Positions 9,257-18,661 of a DNA stretch of 64,000 nt are shown here, piece by piece. The DNA comes from Chloroflexota bacterium. Its GTDB lineage: Bacteria; Chloroflexota; JAJPGV01. The notes below the pieces were generated by a model. That model worked only from the letters and a program-made list of their open reading frames with translations, did no database searches and was not told where the DNA came from. Position numbers and translations under genes: made by a program. The stretch lies in the NCBI GenBank assembly GCA_050695655.1, contig JBOGTU010000264.1, positions 35-64,034 of the forward strand, in the 5' to 3' direction. Each line of letters starts with the position of its first letter. The stretch's first letter is position 1.

Positions 9257-10591
9257 ATGTTAGCCAAAGAAGACAACCAGATGCTGACGCAAGTCGGCCC
9301 CGGGACGCCGATGAGCGAGCTCTTCCGCCGCTTTTGGCTGCCGGCAATGCTGTCCGATGAACTGCCGGGGCCGGACTGCACTCCGGCGCGCGTGCGGCTG
9401 CTGGGTGAGGACATGGTTGCCTTCCGTGATAGTTCCGGTCGCGTCGGGGTGGTTGACGCGTATTGCCCACACCGCAACGCGCCGCTGTTCTTCGGGCGGA
9501 ACGAGGAAAACGGCCTGCGCTGTGTCTATCACGGCTGGAAGTTCGATGTGAGCGGCAAGTGTGTCGACATGCCCAACTGCTGGGAAGGTGAGACCTTCAG
9601 GCAGAAGGTCAACATCACCTCGTATCCGGTCTGGGAAGGCGGCGGCATGGTCTGGCTGTACATGGGCCCGCCCGACCGCATTCCCCCCAAGCCAGGCTAT
9701 GAATTCCTGGACGTGCCGCCCGAGAACCGTTACGTGCTTAAGTTCCTCGTCAACTGCAATTACATGCAGTCTCTGGAAAACGAGTTTGCCGAGAGCCATG
9801 CTGCCTTCCTGCATAGTACGCTTGGTACCGCGAGCACCGGATCCGGGTTCCGCGCCGTGACTGGCACCGACGTCCGCCTGTCTCAGAAGCCTACCGATCC
9901 GGCGCGCGTGACGGTGCTGGATACCGACTTTGGTCAGGTGCTGGTTCGGAAGGGCGACAACACGCCCGATGGGAAAGAGGCCTACAGTGTCGGTACGCCG
10001 TTCTGGATGCCCTGCTTCTCCGCGGCCGGTGCACTCAATGCGCCGGGCGTGACGCCGCTTAACATCAAGGTTCCGGTGGATGACGATCACATGGTCTTCT
10101 TCCGTTATAAATGGAGCGAGAAGCCGCTCACAGCAAAGGCGCTGTTCGAAATGAAGCACGGCGGCGCAGAGTTTCCAGAGCTGATCCCTGGAACCTTTAT
10201 GCCCCGGCAGAACAAGTCCAACGACTATGAGATCGACCGGGTGAAACAGCGCTTCTTCAACTACAGCGGCATCGTCAATACGCCGGTGCAGGACATCATG
10301 GTGGTGGAGAACCAGCGCGGGCCGGTCGCTGATCGGTCGCGTGAGGTGCTGGTCAGCACCGATAAGTACATCATCCAGGTGCGCCGGCGGATGCTCGACG
10401 CGGCCAAAGCGCTGAGTAGCGGCGTCGAACCCAAGGAGCCCTGGAACCCGCTGGCCTACCGCTTTCGTTCCGGCCGGGTCGAGGTGGCCCCAGGCACGTC
10501 TGTTGAGGACGCGGTCAAACCCTTGCTCGAACCCAGGCCGTTCCCAGAACAAGCTCCATCACGCGAGCGCGAGCTGGTGGCCGCCCGCTAA
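9257..10591 (+). CDS. Rieske [2Fe-2S] non-heme iron oxygenase alpha subunit (alpha-only PDO/VanA-like class), paralog 1
   Basis: Rieske CxH...CxxH motif: CPHRNAPLFFGR...CVYHGWKF. Conserved N-terminus TQVGPGTPMSELFRRFWLPAMLSDELP. A C-terminal catalytic domain is present; the ATG at 9257 was chosen over the upstream TTG. Confidence 0.9.
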   Translation: MLAKEDNQMLTQVGPGTPMSELFRRFWLPAMLSDELPGPDCTPARVRLLGEDMVAFRDSSGRVGVVDAYCPHRNAPLFFGRNEENGLRCVYHGWKFDVSGKCVDMPNCWEGETFRQKVNITSYPVWEGGGMVWLYMGPPDRIPPKPGYEFLDVPPENRYVLKFLVNCNYMQSLENEFAESHAAFLHSTLGTASTGSGFRAVTGTDVRLSQKPTDPARVTVLDTDFGQVLVRKGDNTPDGKEAYSVGTPFWMPCFSAAGALNAPGVTPLNIKVPVDDDHMVFFRYKWSEKPLTAKALFEMKHGGAEFPELIPGTFMPRQNKSNDYEIDRVKQRFFNYSGIVNTPVQDIMVVENQRGPVADRSREVLVSTDKYIIQVRRRMLDAAKALSSGVEPKEPWNPLAYRFRSGRVEVAPGTSVEDAVKPLLEPRPFPEQAPSRERELVAAR

Positions 10592-10766
10592 CCGCAACGT
10601 CGCGAGCGAAAACACCCCGGCCTGGAACTGCCGCGACAATTGTCGATGCGCCGCTGGACCGCCTGGCGTCGTGCCCGAGACAGCAGACTTCCCTGATGGG
10701 TGCAACCGGCCAAGAGCAGGTGGGCCTCGTAGCCGAGGGCTGAATCTGGTCGGGGTCGCCGGGCGC

Positions 10767-12020
10767 TCAGTGGCCCCAGAGTTCCTGAGTGGCGCGACGA
10801 GCGCCCTCGGCCAGCGCTCGGAATTTAGCCCACACCAGGTCTGGGTGGATTTTGGGCCCGAATACGCTCTGGGCAAAACCGCAGTCGGTGCCGGCAATCA
10901 CATTCTCGCGGCCGACGAGGTTGGCCAATCGCACAATGCGCTGCCGAACCAGCTCCGGGTGCTCGATGACGTCGTTGGTGTGGCCGACACAGCCGGGGAT
11001 CAGCACTTTGCCGTCCGGCAGTTTGCGCTGCTTCCATATTTCCCACTCCCATTCATGCCGCGGGTTCTGATCGAATGACAGGCCTTGCGCCCTGACCTGC
11101 AGCAGCAGGTCAATGAAGTCGGGCAGGGCAGCATCTTCCGAATGGGGCCCACGGCCACCGCCATAGCACACGTGCAGCCGAATGCGGTCTTCCGGCAGCC
11201 CTTCCAACGCTTCGTTCAAGACCTCGACCAACAGCCCGAAGCGCTTCCGAAAGCTGGAAACGTCCATGTCCAGGGCGTTGAACTTGGCGACGGGCGTATC
11301 GATCTGCAGTACCAGGCCGGCGTCCAGGATAGCCTTGTACTCGCCTCGGATAGCAGTGGCGCAGGCTCGCAGATACTCCTCTTGCGAGCGGTAGTACTCG
11401 ACCTGACCTGGTTGGTAGCCCATGTTGTCCGGACCGACAGAAGGCAGAAATGCCTCCGCGACTGGCGTCTGCTCCAATGCCGCTTTCAGGTTGCGGATCT
11501 CCTGGTCGATGGGTCCCGTCCCTTTGTACGATATCGGCCCCACGCACACCGTGCGCACCTGGAGCGCCTTCGTGGCCTCGGGAGTTGACAGGTATTCGCG
11601 GCCTTCCCCCACAGCCTGCAGGCGAGCGCGCTCAGCGAGGTACGCATCGAACTCGCCTTTGGCTTGTTCGCGACCACCCAAGCCGCCGCCGGTGGGACCC
11701 GTTCGCGCGTAGGGCTGATCTTCAAGGCCAGCGAGACGCTCGGGCAGAAACGCGGTCCAGCCAAGACGACCCTGCTCGCCATCGCTCACCACGTCGATGC
11801 CGCATTCGGCTTGCTTCTGCACCATCTCGGCCACCGCCGTCTTCACCCGAGCCGCGAACGCCTCCGCGTCGTATGACTGCCGGCCGGCCAGCCGGTCATC
11901 CCACATTTTCCTGAGGTCAATCGGCCGAGGCAGGCTGCTTACTTGCGTGGTTATGATGCGATCCGTGCTGCGCTTCATATCGCTCTCTCTATCGTTCGTG
12001 GGGATGTTGGGCGCGCTCAT
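10767..12020 (-). CDS. MetE-like (UROD/MetE superfamily) cobalamin-independent methionine synthase catalytic-domain family protein
   Basis: Zinc-ligand motifs HVCYGGG and GTDCGF, and TTQVSSLPRP near the N-terminus. Start ambiguous: M at 12020 or 11978, since the ORF's first M at 12107 would overlap the ADH gene. Confidence 0.8.
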   Translation of the reverse strand: MSAPNIPTNDRESDMKRSTDRIITTQVSSLPRPIDLRKMWDDRLAGRQSYDAEAFAARVKTAVAEMVQKQAECGIDVVSDGEQGRLGWTAFLPERLAGLEDQPYARTGPTGGGLGGREQAKGEFDAYLAERARLQAVGEGREYLSTPEATKALQVRTVCVGPISYKGTGPIDQEIRNLKAALEQTPVAEAFLPSVGPDNMGYQPGQVEYYRSQEEYLRACATAIRGEYKAILDAGLVLQIDTPVAKFNALDMDVSSFRKRFGLLVEVLNEALEGLPEDRIRLHVCYGGGRGPHSEDAALPDFIDLLLQVRAQGLSFDQNPRHEWEWEIWKQRKLPDGKVLIPGCVGHTNDVIEHPELVRQRIVRLANLVGRENVIAGTDCGFAQSVFGPKIHPDLVWAKFRALAEGARRATQELWGH

Positions 12021-12087
12021 TGTAGGCCTTATGGATTCGACGTACTGGGGGAGAGCGCAAACCATGAGCCGCGTATACTGGCGGCCC

Positions 12088-13134
12088 ATGAAGACGCGTG
12101 CTGCCATCTATGTGGAATCCGGCCAGCCGATCGTGATAGACGACGTCGAGTTGCCCGACCCGGGCCCTACCCAGGTGCTCGTGAAGCAGTTCGCCACCGG
12201 CGTGTGCCACTCCCAGCTGCATCAGCTGCACAACCCTGCCACCCGCACGCCGCTCTTGCTGGGCCACGAGTCCACCGGCCTGGTCACAGCGCGCGGCTCG
12301 TTGGTCACACATGTCAAGGAAGGCGACCACGTGATGCTGACCTTTATGCTGCGCGATCCCCACGCGCACGTGGAAGTCCCCAAGGTGAAATACCGGGGAC
12401 AGGAGATTCTGGCGCCGGCCGGCTCGAGCACCTGGGCCGAGGACGTCATTTTTGACCAGAACTTTGTCGTGCCGCTTGACCCGGAGGTGCCGACGGACGT
12501 CACGTCCGTCATTGGCTGCGCGGTCATGACTGGGTGTGGCGCCGCCCTCAATACGGCGGGGGTGCGCGCGGGCGACTCAGTGGCCGTGTTTGGCGTTGGG
12601 GGCGTCGGCCTCTGCATCGTGCAGGCTTGTGCCAACGCCAACTGCTACCCCATCATCGCGGTCGACCTGGCGGATGACAAGCTCGACTACGCCGAGAAAT
12701 TCGGCGCCACGCATGGGGTAAATGCCGCTCGTGAAAACGCGGTGGCCCGCATCAGGGAGCTGGCGGCGGGCGGCGCCGATTTCGCCTTTGACGCTATCGG
12801 CGTGCCGAGCACCATGGAGCAGCTTCTGCCGGCGGTCCGCCCCGGACAGCGCGGGCTCCGGCCGGAGGGCGGAACGGCCGTGCTCGTGGGCGTGCCGCGG
12901 GGCGAGCCGAAAATCCCGATGCGGGAGATATTCCAGGCCAAGGTGTACAAGGGCAGCGCCGGCGGGGGATCGCGCCCCGACCGGGACTTCCCAATGTATG
13001 TGCGCTGGTACAAGGCAGGCAAGCTGCCGTTGGATCTGCTGGTCACCAAGCGCTACAAGCTGGAGGAGGTGAACGAAGCGTGCGCGGCGCTGGCTCAGGG
13101 AGAAATTCTCGGCCGGGCGATTTTGGAGCTGTAA
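12088..13134 (+). CDS. zinc-dependent alcohol dehydrogenase (MDR family)
   Basis: GVCHSQLH catalytic zinc motif and GVGGVGL Rossmann motif. Start at MKTRAAIY; an alternative start is 12064. Confidence 0.85.
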   Translation: MKTRAAIYVESGQPIVIDDVELPDPGPTQVLVKQFATGVCHSQLHQLHNPATRTPLLLGHESTGLVTARGSLVTHVKEGDHVMLTFMLRDPHAHVEVPKVKYRGQEILAPAGSSTWAEDVIFDQNFVVPLDPEVPTDVTSVIGCAVMTGCGAALNTAGVRAGDSVAVFGVGGVGLCIVQACANANCYPIIAVDLADDKLDYAEKFGATHGVNAARENAVARIRELAAGGADFAFDAIGVPSTMEQLLPAVRPGQRGLRPEGGTAVLVGVPRGEPKIPMREIFQAKVYKGSAGGGSRPDRDFPMYVRWYKAGKLPLDLLVTKRYKLEEVNEACAALAQGEILGRAILEL

Positions 13135-13201
13135 GCGTTTCTCAGGGATCGGATGGGTCCCGGCGCCGACCGGCCATCAACGCACGCGGGCCACGGGGCG
13201 A

Positions 13202-14251
13202 TTACTCGAACGCGAATTGCCGTAGGCCAGCCTCGTCCACGTCCAGGCCCAGGCCCGGCCTGTCCAATAGCTCCAGCCGCCCATCCGAGGCCAGCCGCGG
13301 CACCTGCTGGAACAGCGGCTCGGCCCAGGGGATGTACTCAACCGTCAGCCCGTTTGGTACCGCCGCGATCAGATGCCCCAGCACCTCCGTGGCGAGATGG
13401 GGGACGATGGGCCGGCCGTACGCTTCGGCCAGGTGTGCCACCTTGAGCGCGCCGGTAAGCCCGAGGTCGAGATCGACCATCACAATATCCACGCCGCGGT
13501 GCTGCACCAGCTCCCGAAAAGGGGCGATGGCGCGGTAGCCCTCGCCCGCGCAGGTGCGGTAGGTCAGCGCCTCCGTCACTTGACGCAGCCCGTCGTAGTC
13601 TTCTTTGGGCACCGCGTCTTCGAGCCAGTAGGGCCGCAGCGGCACCAGCGCCCGCCCAATGGCAATGGCCTCCTTCACGTCCCACAGCTGGGTGTTATCG
13701 ACCATGATGTCGATGTCATCGCCCACCGCCTCGCGGAGCGTTCGCATGTGGGCGAGCGTGGGCTCGAGGCCCTTGCCGCGAGTGTGGAATTTCATGGCTC
13801 GAAAGCCATTTTTGACGTGCTCTTCCGCGTGTCGCGCGAGCGAGATGCTGTCCTGCTCCTCGATTCTCCAGCTGGCATAGCAGTTCACCCGGTTGTTGTA
13901 GCCGCCGAGCAGCCGGTAAACAGGCAGGCCGGCGACCTTGCCTTTGATGTCCCAGCAGGCCACGTCGATGGCACTGGCGGCCCGTTCCTGAAAGCCGGAG
14001 AGGGCACCGCTTCGGCGCGGCCACTTGGCGTAGAGGGCCTCCGTGTCCAACGGGTGCAGCCCGACGGCCTGCCGCGCATAGTCGCCCAGCACCTCGGCGA
14101 AGGCCTTCACCGCCGTTGCCCCGACCCGGCTTACATACGACACGCCGTCGATCCCTTCATCCGTCTGGAGCTGCAGGACGAAGTGAATCCCTGCCCGCCC
14201 CTCGTCGTAAGGTACCCGCGCGACGCGCACGCGGTGTCCAGTGATCTTCAT
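13202..14251 (-). CDS. enolase superfamily enzyme (mandelate racemase/muconate lactonizing enzyme family)
   Basis: 349 aa; MR/MLE N-terminal capping domain and TIM-barrel motifs (KFHTRGKG, IMVDNTQLW, LEDAVPKED). Confidence 0.9.
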   Translation of the reverse strand: MKITGHRVRVARVPYDEGRAGIHFVLQLQTDEGIDGVSYVSRVGATAVKAFAEVLGDYARQAVGLHPLDTEALYAKWPRRSGALSGFQERAASAIDVACWDIKGKVAGLPVYRLLGGYNNRVNCYASWRIEEQDSISLARHAEEHVKNGFRAMKFHTRGKGLEPTLAHMRTLREAVGDDIDIMVDNTQLWDVKEAIAIGRALVPLRPYWLEDAVPKEDYDGLRQVTEALTYRTCAGEGYRAIAPFRELVQHRGVDIVMVDLDLGLTGALKVAHLAEAYGRPIVPHLATEVLGHLIAAVPNGLTVEYIPWAEPLFQQVPRLASDGRLELLDRPGLGLDVDEAGLRQFAFE

Positions 14252-14347
14252 GCGAGCAACCTCCTGACCACGTGCGATTATGCACGGGCACAGCTCTGCG
14301 GCGGGCCGGGCTTGACGGCAGGTCCGAAACGTGAAAACTACTTAGAT

Positions 14348-15706
14348 ATGCTGAGCCGCGAAGAGAACGAGTACATCACCCACATTGGACCGGGCACGCC
14401 GATGGGAGACCTGTTTCGGCAGTACTGGCTGCCGGCAGGCCTATCCTCTGAAGTCGTCGCGGACGGCGAGCCGGTAAGGTTCATGCTCCTGGGCGAGCAG
14501 CTCATTGGCTTCCGTGACAGCAACGGCCAGGTTGGCCTCGTCCAGAATGCCTGTCCCCACCGCGGAGCATCGCTGTTCTTTGGACGCAATGAAGAGTGTG
14601 GTTTGCGCTGCGTGTACCACGGCTGGAAGTTTGACGTGTCGGGCGCGTGCGTGGACATGCCGAACGAGCCGGCGGAATCCAACTTCAAGCACAAGGTGAA
14701 GGCGACCGCGTATCCCTGTCGGGACCGAGGCGGCGTCATCTGGGCCTACATGGGTCCGCGTCCGACGCCACCCGAACTCCCGGATTTCGAGGCGAACACG
14801 CTGGAAGGCTGCCAGGCGTTCGCGGCCATGCGTGACTCGAACTGGCTGCAGGCGCTGGAGGGCGACATCGACACCTGCCATACCGCCATCCTGCACAGCG
14901 GCGCCGTCCAGCCGGACGAAGTGCCGGATTGGGCCTTCGCGCACTTCATGGTTCGCAACCGGGCGCCGCGCTATGCCCTGACCGACCACCCCGCCGGCGC
15001 GACCTACACCGCCTATTGCGCAGCGCAGCCTGGCCACCTGTTCTACAGGCTGGGCCAGTACTACTTCCCCTGCTTCACATCACCGGCGCCGGGCCTGTTG
15101 GGCTACGAACGACGGGTGACGATGTGGGTTCCAATGGACGATGAACACGTCATGGTGTACAACCTGAACGCGCCGCGGACCGAGCCGGGTCAGGCGCCGC
15201 CACAGCGGCTGCGACCGAACCTTTTGCCCAATACGACGGACTGGTTTGGCCGCTTCCGGATGCCCAACCAACCGGGAAACGACTACCTGATCGACCGCGC
15301 CATGCAGCGCGGCAACAAGGGCCCGAATGGCTACACAGGCATTGTCGGCGTGGGCCAGCAGGATGCCGCGATGCAGGGGAGCGGCAGCATGGGGGCTATC
15401 GTCGACCGGACCAAAGAGCGGCTCGGCACCAGCGACGCCATGATCATCCACGTGCGCCGGCTGCTCATCCAAGCAGCGCGCACGCTGGCCGAGCAGGGCA
15501 CGCCGCCGCCGGGCGTGGACCACCCGCGGGCCTACCGGTTGCGATCGGGCGGGGTCATCCTGAAGGAGGGCGAGGACTGGGTCGCGGCGACCGGCGACTT
15601 GCAGCGCGCCTATCTCGACCACGCTGGGCTTGATCTTCGCAACAACGCCCAAGGGTATGCGCGAGCGCTCGGCCGTTCGCCGGCCACGGGGGTGCCGAGG
15701 CCCTAA
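14348..15706 (+). CDS. Rieske non-heme iron oxygenase alpha subunit, paralog 2
   Basis: MLSREENEYITHIGPGTPMGDLFRQYWLPAGLSSEV...CPHRGASLFFGR...CVYHGWKF. The upstream part of the 777-aa ORF is antisense to the MR/MLE gene and was rejected; start at ATG 14348. Confidence 0.9.
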   Translation: MLSREENEYITHIGPGTPMGDLFRQYWLPAGLSSEVVADGEPVRFMLLGEQLIGFRDSNGQVGLVQNACPHRGASLFFGRNEECGLRCVYHGWKFDVSGACVDMPNEPAESNFKHKVKATAYPCRDRGGVIWAYMGPRPTPPELPDFEANTLEGCQAFAAMRDSNWLQALEGDIDTCHTAILHSGAVQPDEVPDWAFAHFMVRNRAPRYALTDHPAGATYTAYCAAQPGHLFYRLGQYYFPCFTSPAPGLLGYERRVTMWVPMDDEHVMVYNLNAPRTEPGQAPPQRLRPNLLPNTTDWFGRFRMPNQPGNDYLIDRAMQRGNKGPNGYTGIVGVGQQDAAMQGSGSMGAIVDRTKERLGTSDAMIIHVRRLLIQAARTLAEQGTPPPGVDHPRAYRLRSGGVILKEGEDWVAATGDLQRAYLDHAGLDLRNNAQGYARALGRSPATGVPRP

Positions 15707-15783
15707 GCCGTGAATTGCCGGCAGTGTAGTGGCGACCCCATTCGGCTGGTCGGTCAGACAGCGCAGTTACTGGAGGACAAGGG

Positions 15784-17121
15784 ATGCTCACACGTGAAGA
15801 GAACGACCTTCTGACGAGGACGGGACAGGGGACGGCCATGGGTGAACTGTTCCGGCGCTTCTGGCAGCCGGTGATGCTCTCGGATGAGCTGCCGGGGCCG
15901 GACTGCACGCCGGTGCGCCTGCGCATCCTCTCCGAAGACTTGATCGCCTTCCGCGACAGTGATGGCCGCGTAGGGGTTGTGGATGCCTATTGCCCGCACC
16001 GCAACGCCCCCCTGTACTTCGGGCGTAACGAAGAGGGCGGCTTGCGCTGCGTCTATCACGGCTGGAAGTTCGATGTGGAGGGCAACTGCGTCGACCTGCC
16101 CAACTGCTGGGAAGGGGGCACCTTCAGGCAGAAGGTCCAGATTCTGGCCTACCCCACGAGCGAGAGGGCCGGCATCGTGTGGATGTACATGGGCCCAAGG
16201 GACCGCCAGCCGCCGCTGCCTGGATATCCCTTCATGGATCTGCTGCACGAGAACGTCTACGGCAACAAATTCGAAACGGCCTGCAACTACTTCCAATCCT
16301 TGGAAGGGGATCTCGATCCGAGTCACAACGCTTTCCTGCACAGCAATCTGGCCACGCGGAAGCCGGGTACCATTGTGCCGCCGATGTGGACCGGTGACCC
16401 GCCGCGGTTCTTCGAGACGGACTACGGCGTGCAGATGGTGACCGTGCGGCCAGCCGAACCCGGCAAGGTAGCGGTGAACGTAGGCCACTACACCATGACC
16501 ACGGCTGCGTCCGTCCGTGGGGGTACGGTGGTGCGGCAGATGAACTTCCGCACGCCGATAGACGACGCCAACAGCCTCTTCTTCCGCATTCGCTACAACA
16601 TGACCGGCCCCCTGGACGAGCGTGAGCTGTGGGAGGCGAAGCACGGGGAATACCTCTACCCGCCGTTAATCCCGGGCACGTTTCGATCGGTGGCTAACAA
16701 GAGCAATGACTACCTGATCGATCGTGTGCAGCAGCGCTTCTTCAACTTCAGCGGCATCAAGTCCTTCATCATCCAGGACGTAGCCGTGACGGATGATCAA
16801 CGCGGGCCAATAGCCGACCGAACCAGAGAGCGATTGGTGTCTGTGGACGAGTACATCATCCGGGCGCGCCGGCGCCTCATGCGCGCGGCGCGAGAGTTGC
16901 AGGAGGGCCGCGAGCCGGCGGCGCCGTTCCAGCCTGAGTGCCTGGGTCTGCTGCCGCTGCGCTTCACCATGGATGCTTCGGCCGATATCGAGGCGGCCGT
17001 TCGGGAACACGTCGAGGAGCAGATGGACCAGGCGCGGCAAAGGCGCCTCCCACCCGAAAGCTCGCACACATCGGCCGGCGACGCCGTACTGAGCCCGGTG
17101 GGCATTGCTGCACCAAACTGA
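15784..17121 (+). CDS. Rieske non-heme iron oxygenase alpha subunit, paralog 3
   Basis: MLTREENDLLTRTGQGTAMGELFRRFWQPVMLSDELPGPDCTPV...CPHRNAPLYFGR...CVYHGWKF. Shares most residues with paralog 1 across the N-terminal ~120 aa, including the 15-residue run GRVGVVDAYCPHRNA. Confidence 0.9.
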   Translation: MLTREENDLLTRTGQGTAMGELFRRFWQPVMLSDELPGPDCTPVRLRILSEDLIAFRDSDGRVGVVDAYCPHRNAPLYFGRNEEGGLRCVYHGWKFDVEGNCVDLPNCWEGGTFRQKVQILAYPTSERAGIVWMYMGPRDRQPPLPGYPFMDLLHENVYGNKFETACNYFQSLEGDLDPSHNAFLHSNLATRKPGTIVPPMWTGDPPRFFETDYGVQMVTVRPAEPGKVAVNVGHYTMTTAASVRGGTVVRQMNFRTPIDDANSLFFRIRYNMTGPLDERELWEAKHGEYLYPPLIPGTFRSVANKSNDYLIDRVQQRFFNFSGIKSFIIQDVAVTDDQRGPIADRTRERLVSVDEYIIRARRRLMRAARELQEGREPAAPFQPECLGLLPLRFTMDASADIEAAVREHVEEQMDQARQRRLPPESSHTSAGDAVLSPVGIAAPN

Positions 17122-17343
17122 CGTGATGCTGCCGGCACCCACGCCACTCGGCTGCATCGCCTAGGCGGCCGGTCGAGACCCTGTGCAGCTCGATGGAGCC
17201 GACTACTATATGACGCTCGCGGGCCTACAAACGGCAGCGTGGCCTCGTGAGGAACGGAGACACGTACGCGAGTTGTCAGCTGAATGTTCGAGCCTTATGG
17301 TGGGGCCCGGGCTCGGGAGCGCGGACCCCACGACCGTCATCGC

Positions 17344-17694
17344 TCAGCGATGGTGGGTTTCGCCGATGCGCGTGTACATCAGGCGCCACAGCGTGTCGTG
17401 TTGCTGCCAGATGTCCGGGCCGGCTGAATACTTTGGGCCCCCGGCCCGCGGTGTACGGGCGAGGTGCGCTTTGGCAAGCTGCTCGTCGGCCACCTCATAC
17501 ACGGCCAGGAAGCGCGGCCCGTTGAGGGTGGGATCGAGCAGCTCGTAGCGCGTGCCAGTGAGGAAGCCAGGGTTGTTGCCGACAACTTCAGGCACGTGCG
17601 TGTGGCTGTAGAAATTGTTGAACGCCTTCAGCTCGGGCGGAGTCGTTTGTGGAATGTTCATGCCAACCATGTAGATGCAGCGGGAATCGTCCAT
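17344..17694 (-). CDS. EthD-like / dimeric alpha+beta-barrel family hypothetical protein
   Basis: 116 aa; FNNFYSHTHVPEVVGNNPGF resembles the EthD-domain pattern F..Y...H.P......PG; weak assignment. Confidence 0.45.
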   Translation of the reverse strand: MDDSRCIYMVGMNIPQTTPPELKAFNNFYSHTHVPEVVGNNPGFLTGTRYELLDPTLNGPRFLAVYEVADEQLAKAHLARTPRAGGPKYSAGPDIWQQHDTLWRLMYTRIGETHHR

Positions 17695-17825
17695 GTGTTA
17701 GAGAGTCCTTTCGCGAACTGTTGCTGGGGTTGGTGTACCGCGCGATGGGGCCATAGTAGCCGGGCTGGCCGGGGAGGCGGATTGCGTCGGTCGCTCGCTT
17801 GAGCGGGCGTGACGACAACCTCGGG

Positions 17826-17855
17826 TTGAGTCAGGTGGCCAGTCGCGCCTATTAT
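17826..17855 (+). promoter_or_regulatory. candidate sigma70-type promoter (TTGAGT-18 nt-TATTAT) giving a leaderless or near-leaderless transcript for the NTF2-like operon
   Basis: AT-rich hexamers stand out in the GC-rich background; the -10 ends 8 nt before the ATG at 17864. Confidence 0.35.
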
Positions 17856-17863
17856 GGTGAGCC

Positions 17864-18277
17864 ATGAGCGTCAGCGCGACCGATCGGCGCGATATCGAGG
17901 AGCTCATTGCTCGCTATAACTGGGCGATTGATACGCGGGACGGCGAAGGAGTCGCGGCGACGTTTACAGCGGACGGGTGCTTCACCATGCGCGACAGGCA
18001 GTTTCAGGGGCACGAGGCGTTGGTGCGCTTCGGCAGCGGCGCGAACCTGGGTCCTGCCGTACCTGAGTCCGGCAGCCAGCACTGGGTGACCAACCTGATC
18101 CTGGAGGGCGACGCTGAGCGCGTCAATGCCAAGAGCTACCTGGTGCGGTTCCACGTGCAGGGTGACGCACGGAGCGTGGCGAACGTTGGCTGCTACATCG
18201 ATCAGCTGCTCAAGTTTGCCGGGCAGTGGCTTTTCGAGCGCCGCGAGATCCATGTCTGGCCCTATCAGCGTGACTGA
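17864..18277 (+). CDS. NTF2-like (SnoaL_4-type) family protein 1
   Basis: DRRDIEELIARYNWAIDTRDGEGVAATFTADGCF...VRFHVQGDARSVANVGCYIDQLLKFAGQWLFERREI matches the SnoaL_4 pattern. Confidence 0.8.
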   Translation: MSVSATDRRDIEELIARYNWAIDTRDGEGVAATFTADGCFTMRDRQFQGHEALVRFGSGANLGPAVPESGSQHWVTNLILEGDAERVNAKSYLVRFHVQGDARSVANVGCYIDQLLKFAGQWLFERREIHVWPYQRD

Positions 18278-18653
18278 CGAAGAGGGCATCCGCCGTACAC
18301 TCGCCCGCTACTGCCAGCTGCTGGATGGGCGCCGGTTCCACGAGTGGTCTCAGCTGTTTGTTGAGGATGCCACCTGGAACGGAAACCGAACTCGCACGGC
18401 TATCTTCGAGAGTATTTCGAAGGGCGCCCTGGCCGCGCACCCGGAGCTCCGCCGGAAGCACGTTTGCACCGACATCGTCATCAGCGTTGAGGGGGCTGCC
18501 GCCCATGCCGAAAGCGATTTCATCATGTATGACGCCGTGAATCCGGCTGACGCCTGGCACGTGGCTGCCTGGGGCAAGTATTTCGATCGGCTGCTGAAGC
18601 GGGACGGTTCTTGGCTGTTCTCCGAACGCGAGCTGGTCAGCAGTTCGAACTGA
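18252..18653 (+). CDS. NTF2-like (SnoaL_4-type) family protein 2
   Basis: EEGIRRTLARYCQLLDGRRFHEWSQLFVEDATWNG...GKYFDRLLKRDGSWLFSEREL. An alternative GTG start at 18270 would give an 8-nt overlap with gene 1. Confidence 0.75.
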   Translation: MSGPISVTDEEGIRRTLARYCQLLDGRRFHEWSQLFVEDATWNGNRTRTAIFESISKGALAAHPELRRKHVCTDIVISVEGAAAHAESDFIMYDAVNPADAWHVAAWGKYFDRLLKRDGSWLFSERELVSSSN

Positions 18654-18661
18654 GAGAGGAT

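Noticed and set aside
12020-12107. Using the first M (12107) as the start of the MetE-like gene
   Set aside because: It would overlap the convergent-to-divergent ADH gene start region, and the N-terminal 29 residues are not conserved-looking; an internal M (12020 or 11978) is preferred.
13373-14347. N-terminal 325 codons of the 777-aa plus ORF 13373..15706
   Set aside because: Antisense to the MR/MLE enolase-superfamily gene. Rieske-oxygenase homology begins only at MLSREENEY (14348).
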